Shown here piece after piece: positions 52,859 through 64,000 of a stretch of DNA of 64,000 nucleotides. Position numbers and translations under genes: made by a program. Below the pieces are notes generated by a model that ran no database searches, was not told the DNA's origin, and saw only the letters and a program-made list of their open reading frames with translations. Position 1 is the stretch's first letter. The number at the start of each line of letters is the position of its first letter. The stretch comes from Ylistrum balloti (lineage: Eukaryota), in assembly GCF_031769215.1 (NCBI RefSeq), contig NW_026782161.1, forward strand, positions 496,001 to 560,000. The letters run 5' to 3'.

Positions 52859-55053
52859 ATGTAGCCTTAAACATCCACTAGTGTAATAGAAACTTTGTAT
52901 AATTCATTTTGTTATTGGGAGAAAGATTAAAGAAAAAAATGAGATCAAAATTTTAGAATAATATGACTGAATTAGCAGAAAGTTTGAGTTTAGTGGTATA
53001 CATACTGTATATTTTTTAATATGTATTTATATATCATGTTTAAAACCCCATCAGATTAAGCTGTACACCAGGTGACCATTTCTCATATCACTACCTAATA
53101 TGGTATATATACCAGAACTTTATCAGAATCGGATTACCTGTTTACTGTATGTATGATGCATTTTCCCATAATATTCACAGAGTTGTCACCCTTGTTTTTG
53201 TTGTCTACCAAAGTTTGTGAGGAGGTTAGGATACCGATAACAACCGTTTAAATCATCTAAGATTCACTAGCCTGTAAAATCACTGATTTTGAAAGGAAAA
53301 AAAATAGATGAAACATTGTAGAACCAATGAACACAATAATTTGAAATAAAAACATCACACAACTCTTTGTTTTGTTTGTTTAAACTGACGCCTCAGTTAC
53401 ATGAACCAGTACACTACAGGGAATTCTGTACCATTAAACTAGCACTATATAACCAACATTCAGAAGTTGAACAACAATGGCCATCAGTATGGTGCTATAT
53501 CTTTTTAACAGTTAGTCATAGTTCCACGGTGACACCTGATCAGATGTGAAATGGGAAATTTGAACAACAGGACTATGTTTTAAAAGAACAAAGCTAAAAT
53601 TCTTTATTTTTTGCTGAGACCAATGTCTACGGCGTGAAACATTTCTAGTTTGCCCGTAAAAGATGTACACATCCGTCACTCTCTAAAAAAACTGCTATAG
53701 ATTGCGTTCCATGTAAATGGTGGTACTTCTAATACAAAATCTTACCGACGATTCATGCGCGAATTAATTGGTAAATCATGCAAATTGGAAACCATCCCAG
53801 CATTAAATAAGTTTAACTCTGATTCTATAGTACATGATAAAAGTAAATATCGTAATATTTCTGTTCGATAGGTACAGTAATATTGATGAATTAGGAAATC
53901 CAAGTTTCCTGTCCTGTCGCAATCTCTCAATACTCTCCATCGCAATTACGATATCTAAAATTAATGATAATATGAAAACTTGAAATTAAATGACAGGTAT
54001 TGATTTTATAATTCATAACACACTGGGGAAACGCCGAAACAGCTCGCGGACCTCTGCTTATTTTATTTAAATGATCACAAAGCAAATGTAAATTGCCTTC
54101 CTCTACTGATCCCCTCCTTCTAACTACCAAGCTATCTTATTACTAAGTTCTGTCAGTAAATTGTTCAAAAAAGTTATAAAAAATCACTCTTTAATATCTT
54201 AATAATGATATCTTTATCTGGTTTTGTTAAATGACATTAGACTGTTACCCATTTATCATAATATACACTGTATGTTGAGCATTAGAAGATCCAACATAGA
54301 TATCATGCATACTTAGCATTGTGGTACTGTGGTGACACATTGGATCACACCCGCGACAGAAGGGAGATCAAAACAAAAGAATTCCATAAAAACCTGGAAA
54401 TGTTGTGTTGTTCAAAGTCTAAGGAAGTAATAGGATATGGTGAGGTGCTACTTTATGTGTAGAATGTTTGAGGATGCGGATCAGGATCTAATACACGATT
54501 AAGATTTTAGTTGACTTTCAAGACTTGTTGAAAGAAGATTTAATTTTGTCGGAGTGCTAGTATTGGATTTAGAGCATTGTATATCATTACATTGAACTTG
54601 CATGTAAATCACGGACTTGTTGCTTGAAAATTAAGAACATGGTTAAAATTTTGCAACAGCCAAGCAAATAAATTGACTTATTTACGACTATTTATAAATG
54701 TAAGTCATAATTCTTATTGAGAAATAAAATATACAAGTTCAATTAATTCGAGATTTACTCTGTACTATGTATTTGTATTGGATAGAAGCATTGCCAAAGA
54801 AGAGAAAACAATATCTTTTTGGAAATGCTGTGGTTCATCAATTTCTAATCATTGTCCTTCCTTTCCATAATGTAATGGATTACTTTAGATATAGTTAATA
54901 GTAGATGTTATAGATCCCTTCTAATCCGAATCCTTGATCAAGAGTTTTCAGTTGTTAATCTTCAATTTAATTGCTACAGTAATACTCAATTGTTCTGTTC
55001 AAATGTGTTTTCAAATTCTGGATCTCCTCGCAGTTTTATATGTCTAAAACCTT

Positions 55054-55789
55054 GTGGTAACTGCAAATGAGCTTAAAAAAGAACAAATAAAAAATAAAAC
55101 AGAAATCGATGTTTTGAAATTAACAAACAACAAAATCCAGACTGAGGTAAACAAAAATAAACTTTGTCAGGATTTACAAATCGAAGCGATCGATAAACAA
55201 TTGATTGTGGCAAAAATTGACCACAAACAAACTTGTGAATCAGTCCCAGACTTCAAAAACATAGCAAGTCGGTACGACGATAAACAGTTAAGTGGTATTG
55301 CAAATGCCAAAAACCCTCAAAGCAGTATCAGAACGTGGAAAGGATCACGTGAAATGCTACGAATCCGAGATGGAAAAAGCTCGCGACTCCATAAAAGCAT
55401 GTGCATTATCCGTTGTTGGCCTCAAAAGCAGTTGGATAAGTTAAAAAGCTCCAAAACAAATGCGAACACCAGGATAATACTAGTGGACAGACCGTAAACC
55501 ATTAATAACCCACAACAGGTTCAGCATGCGTTACAAAGTCACAAAGCTAGTGCAACATTCGACGATTGAAACCTGTGCGCAGCTCCAGTGCTTGGATGAA
55601 AATCCAACAACGGGTGAAAACGACCCAAACATACATATACCTGTACCACGGACGGACGATCCTGGCAGTAGCATTAACACTTCGAATCCCGTATTACAAA
55701 CGAAACCGTCAGGACACACTCATCGCGCTAACATAACAGACTCTGCAAAGGTTAGTGAAAGTAATGACAAGTTACGAGAGAACCGTTAA
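55054..55789 (+). pseudogene. Broken coiled-coil-rich reading frames, possibly a decayed retroelement ORF1/gag
   Basis: Two consecutive ORFs (147 and 87 aa) with heptad-like K/E/Q/N-rich sequence, inside a TE-fragment cluster, with no convincing splice structure. No diagnostic motif. Confidence 0.25.
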
Positions 55790-56014
55790 TACAGTGAAGT
55801 AATGTCAGATGTTAGTACCATACCCGAACGTTTCCGTAAAGCAGAGAGTCACTTTGATGGTTAATGTTATCAACAATAGACAATGATTCGTGCATACAAT
55901 GGAAATAATCGGGAAACAGTGAAAAAAAAGCACAAGTTGATTAGTTCTTGGTGAAAAACGGTTTTTGGGTAACTTGGATGTATCAGTGGTAGAGAAGGAA
56001 CAAGAGAGTATACT

Positions 56015-56164
56015 TGGAACAGAGGTCAATATCCTATCCTTTGCCTCCAGTAGAATTCGAACCCAGTACCTCTGGTTACCAGTCTGATTCCAAACTGATC
56101 GAGCTAAAGAGAAGTTCTCTCTAATCGAGCAATATATTGTGGTTAGTTTTTTACCATGGTTACT
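56015..56164 (-). mobile_element. Solo LTR of the tRNA-containing TRIM family
   Basis: Reverse complement gtaaccatggtaaaaaactaaccacaatatattgctcgattagagagaacttctctttagctcgatcag...cagactggtaaccagaggtactgggttcgaattc...gaggc...atattgacctctgttcca aligns over the full 150 bp with the 10270 LTR. No TSD recovered. Confidence 0.8.
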
Positions 56165-56193
56165 TTTAAATTAGTGCCGTTTACATCATTCGC

Positions 56194-56716
56194 GAGTCCG
56201 CAGACCTTCTTTGCTCATCTACATCAGCCGATTCAACATAAATAGCTTTCCACCAAGCTGTATGATATACCTGGTAATGTCAATTTCCTTATTGTGAACT
56301 GTCCATTTCTGGCAAGCAACGTTCCTGCTTCTCCAACATATGGTGTTAACATGTCGCTGTTGATTCAATATTCAAGGGCCTGCCCACATTATCACGATTT
56401 TCGTGCAAATTGTCCTCAACTGACGGACAAGCTCGTAACACCAGGTATCAAAAGATCATCAATTAAGGCATGCCGATAAAAATTATGTGGAGGTTTTATG
56501 GTCGTCATAGTAACCTCATGGAGAAGTATTCCATTTCTCTGTGCGATATGAAGCTTGATGTGTCTGAATGAAGCTCATTAGCTTGCCTGTTGGTTCTGTT
56601 GTTGTATATTTTGCTCTCATTTGAGAAGGAGAGATTACTTACTTGGATTGACCAATGTTTACATTGTGTGTGTCGACGATTAAGTAGAAGACACAAACTC
56701 TTCCGGAACACATGGT
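56194..56716 (+). mobile_element. Decayed Penelope-like retroelement fragment (RT C-terminal region)
   Basis: Translates LYDIPGNVNFLIVNCPFLASNVPASPTYGVNMSLLIQYSRACPHYHDF, a degenerate form of the PLE-type motif YDKRDDFNFxIVNFPFLxSNIPxSPAYGVYISQLIRYxRAC; frameshifted afterwards. Confidence 0.75.
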
Positions 56717-56719
56717 ATT

Positions 56720-57182
56720 TTTAGGGCTTTTCACCAACTTAACTATGACCTATTTAGATTTAATCTAGTTGATAATGCATCCTGTAATTGTGGTCATCCT
56801 TGTGAGAATGCCTATCACTTTTTTATTGAATGTCCCCTGTTCTTAATTGAAAGGCGTATTTTGGTACATAATCTAAATATTTTGAATGTTCCGTTTGATA
56901 TTGAACTTCTTTTATATGGTAATTGTGATTTTTCTGTGGACCTTAATTCAACCATTTTTAGACATGTGCAAAATTTTATTAAAACCAGCAACAGACTTTG
57001 AGTTAATATATATCAACATTTGTACTATCAGTATTGTATTGTATTATCAGTATTGTACTATATTGTCATATTGTTTTGTATTGTCATATGTAATGTATCT
57101 TTGGAGAAGGCGTTGATAAGTTGTAATAACTTGTGCCTAATCCACTGTCTGTATTTGACAATAAATATGTTTAAACTAAACC
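56720..57182 (+). mobile_element. 5'-truncated CR1/L2-group LINE 3' end
   Basis: Met-less open frame 56720-57001, ...SCNCGHPCENAYHFFIECPLF...LLLYGN...IFRHVQNFIKTSNRL*, typical of the ORF2 C-terminus of invertebrate CR1-type LINEs. Followed by a 3' UTR with AATAAA and a short terminal repeat. Confidence 0.72.
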
Positions 57183-58255
57183 TATTGTTTTTGTTGTTTC
57201 TTATTCTAATTATTCTTCTTCCAATATTGCGGGTTCGTAATCTTTTCAATTGTTTTTAAGTAGGTCAAAAATCCAATATGCCCGCGATGACGTCATAAGT
57301 TAAAAACTAAAAAACGGCAATATCTCGAACCATTGATTGTACAGTTTGTGCAATAATATCATTTCTAGAGAATTTCCATATCTAACTTTTTTCCATGCCA
57401 TATTAATACAAAATATGTCAAATAAAAAAGCTCGCTGCTGGGTAAAGTTTCCAAAATTTAACAATTTTTTTTTCAATTTTGAACTTTCTTGAATTTTTCT
57501 TCTTCAGATCGATGAAGAACATCCTTCTGATGAATTTAGTGTTTTGTTTTTCGGTGAGTCTGTCCAGTATCCAAGATTGTCGCCAAAGAAGTGAAAAGCC
57601 CGCAAAATTGTTAGCAACAATTTCTAGTTCTCTTTGTAAATCTTTCATAAGTTCATATTTTTCCCTAGATTGATTGAATTTGAATTTGGATTATGACTTC
57701 CTTCTTATTTATGTTGGTATATATATATTTTATAACGTAAACGTTATTTTTAGACACACCTATTGGCCAAAATATGGATATCAAGCAGAAGGTAAACTGT
57801 TTCGTGTGGTGATTTCCCTGGTGTTCCGACCGATCAAAAGATATTACTTCTGGAATAGATAACCCACCAGATACCTAGGTTTGTTATTGATATCTGGCTG
57901 AATTCGGGTATCTATCAGACTTGTGTTAAATGGGAAAAAATAACCAACAAAAACGATAATTTTACTTATATATCTAATTATGGTAAGTCGGTTACCGGTT
58001 TTTAGGCTAAAGGTACTCAGTACGCATAGCCTATTGCTACGGCCTTTCAGACAAAATTTACCGATCCTGGCCTTCTCATTGGCTGAAATATCGAAGAGTT
58101 AATAGAGCCCTCTAGCGGCAATTTTCTGCGTAAATAATGCCGCGATCTTTCAAATCGCTATTTTAAAAGCATCCAAAATTAGTTTATTTTTTTAATAACA
58201 AAACGATTACTATATATTTCAAAAAAGAAGCACAGTGTGGTTGAACTATTGATAA

Positions 58256-60163
58256 AGGGCCGGTTTCCAAAACGGCCCCTTCTCTGATTCAAATTTCCTG
58301 TTGGTGGTGCATTGCCCATGCCGTTGTGGTCACAAATCTATAAAGTATAAAGATTTAATTCACTTGGTTTGTTTTTATGGCTCCTCAAAGTTGTACCTTT
58401 CAGAAGCTGTCTAAGTGTTGATAAAATGTGCATGTTATGTAAAATATTAATGAAAATCTAATCAAATGATAGTCACCGTAAAGAAGACATTCATGGCATG
58501 ATTGTGACAAAAAATCATGTTTCCATCGCGCCATTTGGCTGTTTTATGGAAGAAACAATCTCAAAAATGCCATTTTCGATGATAACATTTTAGACACAAA
58601 AACTGTGTTTTTTAGAGAATACACCCTTTTATGGGCGTTGGATGCAAACCAATTTTTATCCTATTAAATAGTACGTAATATGCTATTGATGAGAGGAAAA
58701 ATCATCAAAATGTAAGTGGTGGAACATTTTCAAATGTTGGGTTGAATTAGCCTATGTTTGAATTGCCGATTTTCGACTTTCTTTAGATAATTAACAAAAA
58801 AACGAGAGTATTTGCTCGGTATGTTGAGAATATGTACACAGATATGAAAAAAAAAGTGAGAGAAACAGTTTTTCATAAAAAAAATCCAAGATGGCTACTT
58901 CGCAAGTCCCCGTGGTTGAAGACATTGGCTGACAAATAGACAGAACAACAAACAAAACGTGTTCCTTATGATTTTGGTTGGTTTTCGCATTTACGGGAGT
59001 GTTCATAGCTACGGGCGATTGTATAATACCTATATTTATAAGTTTGGTTAGTCACATGGTAACGGGGATCTTTCATATCGAGCCCCAAACATACTTTCGA
59101 CATATGCACTCTGTTGCCGCATCGAAAACTATTTCAAGTTTTGTCGGAATTTCTTTACCTGTGATTGTAATGGTCGAGGGTTTTCCAGCGTCCTGTAATA
59201 CCCAAAGTAGTACAAGATACTGGAGATGTGCGCACACATTCCCATCGTTCTCTCTCCAACTGGGCACTGGCAGTAGTAGTCCTTTATTGGGGCCTCAACA
59301 TCGGGTGAAACGGGGAACAGTATCCAAACGTTATATTTCGTTTGGCTTTTGTGTCGAGAATGTATTTGACATCGGAGAAGGTCTGGGGAGTGCTGGTAAA
59401 GCCACACCTCATAGTCGCCGTCATCAATTAAATGTTCGGCGATGTAACCAGGAGTCAGAGATATCTGATATGTTCCACACGTAATGGTTCTCAAGTAATC
59501 AAGATCGAAACGGGGAAACAGTACTTTTTTTTTTTTTTTTTTTACACATCATAAAACTGTCATGAAACATCCGCTCTGATATTCAATATAAAAGTTTGTA
59601 TATAATAAGCTATATAATAGGGTTTCAGACAAGGTTGTTACTCATTTCCCCTTTTCTTTCAATTTACAACCACATTCAGGCGGCGATATGAGAACGTTCC
59701 ACCACATGGAATTAGCTGATTTTTGGTACACATATGAAACAAGTAAAGCTCTATCCGATTTTCTGATGGAAATTTGCATCCAAAACTATACAACAGGAGA
59801 AAATTGCAAATTTATGGCAATTTTTCTTCATAATTGTGTCTCTGCAAGTGCATTTTCATCCGAGAATATTTTTTTTTTATGTTTTATGAATAAACACGAT
59901 GTTTTGGAAATATTTATCAAAAGAAATTTATACTATGTTGCTAATTACAATTTCGAGATAACCTTATTTTATTTACGAACTTATGTCTTTGATGCTGAAT
60001 TTGACAACTTTATAAAAATACATTTTCACTGAAATTATTAAATCTGGGTGTCGGAAAGGTGTAAAATTATTTTTCGAAAAAGAAAAAAACAGTGGTTGAG
60101 CTAGATAAGAAATTATACGGGGGCAGGCTCCTATGGAGAATTAACATTACTGGAAACAGGCCC
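58256..60163 (-). mobile_element. Internally deleted DNA transposon remnant carrying a SWIM-type zinc-finger ORF (possibly PIF/Harbinger-ISL2EU group)
   Basis: Minus frame ~59545-59129 reads FPRFDLDYLRTITCGTYQ...SRHKSQTKYNVWI...YYCQCPVGERTMGMCAHISSILYY (CxC-x9-CxH). Candidate 13-bp TIRs GGGCCGGTTTCCA (58256) and TGGAAACAGGCCC (60151-60163). TSD not matched. Confidence 0.5.
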
Positions 60164-63100
60164 TTTTGAACAATATATTTTACGGAATTCTCGACATGAC
60201 GTAAGCGTACAGAACACTGTACGTGCGAGTTGATAAGAAGCTAGTCTGGGGGCTTGGTTTGAATTATCAACTAACAGCACTTATAAACAAACAAAACTTA
60301 CAAACAGAACATCAGTTTTGTTTTAATCCTTGTCGTTGTGGCAAGATCGTCTTAATATATAACATCACTTTACCTCAGTAGACGTCACCGAATTGGACTG
60401 TTCGTCCCACGCGCACACCCGTCGATATGACACTTTTTTTCAGGTTTTTCACACCTACCGCCATGACACTTTTTCAAGTTTTTGAAGATAAAAAGTTTGC
60501 GCTTCGTAGGCAAGGTACATTTGGTGCTCATGATTTATGAATAATATATTTTTAATACTGTACTGATCATGATGTTGACTCTGTCATAACTTATATTTTT
60601 TGTCTTTAAGTTTATTTGATGAAGGTTGATTGTGCTGATTTCTCAAGGTTTGTTAATGTGTATCAAAGTTCCTTGAATTGAAAATATTTCTTCAAACAAA
60701 GCGCGTATAAAAAAAACCCCAAAATATTCATGTTTATAATTATCAATTAACTAGAACGAAATATTTCCATAACATATTTATTCATTTAGCGTGTCATGGT
60801 GACATTATCTAATGCATTCGAGATCAGAAATAGTAGTAGCTATAGTGAAAATATTGTAAATGTTGTATATATACGGAAGTCTGGTTTAATCTCAAAGAAC
60901 TATTTCTTTATAAACATAATTACTGCAAGAAAAGTCTAACCATGATACTTCAAGGAAGATAGGCATGTAAATACATTTAATGTAATTACTTACACTTTAA
61001 TCTATCTGAAATGCTGTGTACACCTTATCTACTTTCCTCAACTACAAATATAATTACAATAAGTAAGGACTATTACTTTGCAATACATTCAAAATAAAGA
61101 AGTAGGTATAAAGTCCTTTCGATTTGTCTAAATCCTCATATTGATAGGATAGTCATTGCAACATCTTGGGTATTTTAAAGGTTTTATTTAGTCAACTTCA
61201 TCATAGAGCTATTGATCATTTGGCTTGTGTGCGATAAATATATGGTTGGGTGTATTTTGTTATTTTTTTTTATCTATTTTGATTTGTTCACATTATTGTC
61301 GTCAAATTTGAAATGAGAATTAAAGAAGATATAAAATCGCTTAAAATTAAGAAAAATAGCCTCTGGTTCTCTTATTTTAGTAATTTTTGCATTCCAAAGT
61401 GTAGGAGTATGGGGAAAGTAATATAGCTTTGCGGTTATTTGTGAACATTTTTCAATACGTTTAGCCTTTCAGTACTTTGATTCTAACTTTTACACTACCA
61501 AGTGACCACTTCCGTGGGCTTTTATGTTCCGCAATCACGTTGTAGGCGCCGGCACGTACATGTATGACGTCAAACAGTCCAGCCCGGATGGATACAAGTT
61601 AATTTTCCAAGTTAGGATTTCGAAAGGTGCAATTATCGATACTTCACGAATAATCGATTGCAGATACAGATTCCTTAGGCCTAATTGTATCGATGCAGTA
61701 GGTAACCTCAAACAGACATGTGAAGAGGTCTCTGCCTGTAGCTATTTATAGATAAAACAATTACATTATGTATTTCTAATTTGCGAGTTTTGACACTTCA
61801 CCCCACTCAGAGAAGATACATATATAACACATTTATACGTCTCTGCTCAGAGTAAGTCCCTGCGTGCGGGAGTCAATTGCCACTGACCAGTGCGCAAACT
61901 CCACGAATCGTTTCCGTTCTGGATAGACTTACCATAGCGTCTAGCTTGCTTATCCAGTCAACACTGAATGTGGATGTAAATTTAGATATATTTTTGAGTG
62001 GCATGAGATTTCATTTCAAGAAACACAAGTGTGAGTTTATGAATTTTTGTAGTTACATGTGTGGATATTCAAATGCGTATGGTGATCAGGATTATATTGC
62101 TTTGGATAGGGGGAAACAGGAAAAATGCAAGCTTTCGTTTCCCTAATGATTTACACTGTCTAGCTTTCTTTCGTCTCATACGTATCTAAATATGTAGTTT
62201 AGGTATCATGATGTGTTTGAGGTTATCATGATAGGTAAATTAGACTTATTGCGGGACAATGGCTGCTCATATGCAGCTGTATAAATGAATTATACCGGTA
62301 GTTGACGCCAGTGAGCGTTATTTTATAGAATTTTCACTGATGTTAATGGTGGTTTTAAAAACGTAATTTTGCGAAATGATGACAACAGTTCTATGGACTT
62401 TCAATTCCACTGCTTTTCCAATTGAAATACTATAGTTTTGACACAAAGGTAAGTCGGACAAACAAACAAAACTTTATTATTTCATAGATTTTGCATACCG
62501 TAAACATAAAAATTCAAAACCTGCATGTTAACATCTTGCATTGAATTGACAGGGTCTATCAAAGAAGTGTCAATAAGTGAAAACAAGCATTGTAAGGCTT
62601 TTTCAGAAAAGATCTCAGGATATGTTGTAAATATGACCATAATACACTTTTCTGCTAAGTATCATGTTGGTGATTGTGAAATTGATTGAGTTGGATAGGG
62701 AGAGTTAAATTTTCCTTGACCGTCGAGGCACAAATGTGTATTGCATAACACATGAGTAATATATGTATTTCCATTTGGTATTCCTCCTTGGCTTTCATTT
62801 AAATTGGACGTTTGACAGTGTCCAAGGAATGAACTTATAATCAGCATCGTCAAATGATATATGTTATAATACCGAAGTTAGCTACATCGAAAGTAATTTA
62901 TTTCATTAGGATTCATTAGGATAAATTATAGATGCAGGGTTTCTAAACAAAACATCTGTATCCATATCAAAATATAAACATATGAAAATAAAAGTAATAA
63001 CAGTTCGGTGTAATGGCTTAAGCAAAGTTTGTGATTTATGAAATATAATAGAAACGTTTATCTTTCCAGTGTTCATCAAGCAGCTTCTCAAATTCTACCA

Positions 63101-64000
63101 AAGTGTACCAAGTTTCAGTTACATGACAATTTTACTACAATGAAATTGACAGCTTGGCACAACATGTGTATGATTTATTCAAATCGCTGGATCTAGAGCT
63201 GATTTTAATTGTTATCAGGTATGTAGCTCAACAGCTGATCAATTTATGTGCTCTTCAGTTTTGATGTGTTTAGATCTAGAAGTCTCACAGTCTCTTCTCT
63301 CTTGCATTGAGTTATCTTCATAGAATAGAAGTTCTTATAATGTTCCAAAATATCTGAGTTACCTTGTTATCAATTAAGATAATTAGAATGTGCTTATTGC
63401 TTAACTAACAGGTATAGTGGTCTTTAAATATTGCTGATTGTGACCTCCTGAAAGTGTCCCATTTTGTTCTACATGATTTAACATGATTTAAATTGCAATG
63501 ATAGTATAGTGTAAAACAGGATAGAAACAGGTATCTGATATCAGGTTCTCAGCTGGATCATTTATTTTACAGTATATATTATGTTTCTTTGATATGTTAT
63601 TGATATTAAAGGATGTAAATTATTTATGAAATTTTGATCTGTGAAAGTTTATCAATCAGTTATATATTAGAAATTTATCTTATTTTTCAAGTGATACAAT
63701 ATAACATTGATAGTATCATCCATTCAGATGAGCATTTTATTCACTGCAATGAAATCTGCAGATTTTCCTGTTTGGATACAATGAAACGAAGGCTGAATAA
63801 GCTTTATTGTATTATTTCTGTGTACATTTCTAGTCTTCTCTTATCTTATGTTTAAAATAGTTTTGTAAGCAATTCTTGCCAGAAAACTGCTTGAATGGTA
63901 GAAAACAATGTTTAGCAATCCATTCAAGATGGCATCTTGTTTTTAAGCATAATGTCAAACTATTTGTCATCATAGAACACTATAATTTTCAAAGATTTTT

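Noticed and set aside
45000-54000. Short ORFs (60-106 aa) across the AT-rich 45-54 kb region
   Set aside because: They are hydrophobic low-information translations typical of non-coding AT-rich DNA; no consistent exon chain was found.

Overview
AT-rich eukaryotic (animal) genomic DNA with spliceosomal introns. The repeat content (Helentron/Helitron-type non-autonomous elements, Penelope-like and CR1-like fragments, many minisatellites) suggests a bivalve mollusc such as an oyster; this is an inference. I built five gene models by hand from splice signals and reading frame: an unknown 3-exon gene (+, 1608-4395), neugrin NGRN (-, 6538-9311), DCP2 (+, 9546-19656, with a U12-type AT-AC intron), ULK3 (-, 27363-39468, 15 coding exons) and a ZNF474-like C2HC zinc-finger repeat gene (+, 41446-44924). 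The last four form two head-to-head pairs. The most notable element is a complete 421-bp miniature LTR retrotransposon in DCP2 intron 1: 151-bp TGTA...TACA LTRs, PBS, PPT and a 4-bp TAAT target-site duplication, with a tRNA-Thr-like Pol III promoter inside each LTR (Helenus/Cassandra-type architecture). Two further LTR copies lie elsewhere in the window, one of which seeds a minisatellite. The region 54-60 kb is a cluster of decayed transposon fragments. All coordinates were counted by hand; no database searches were run.
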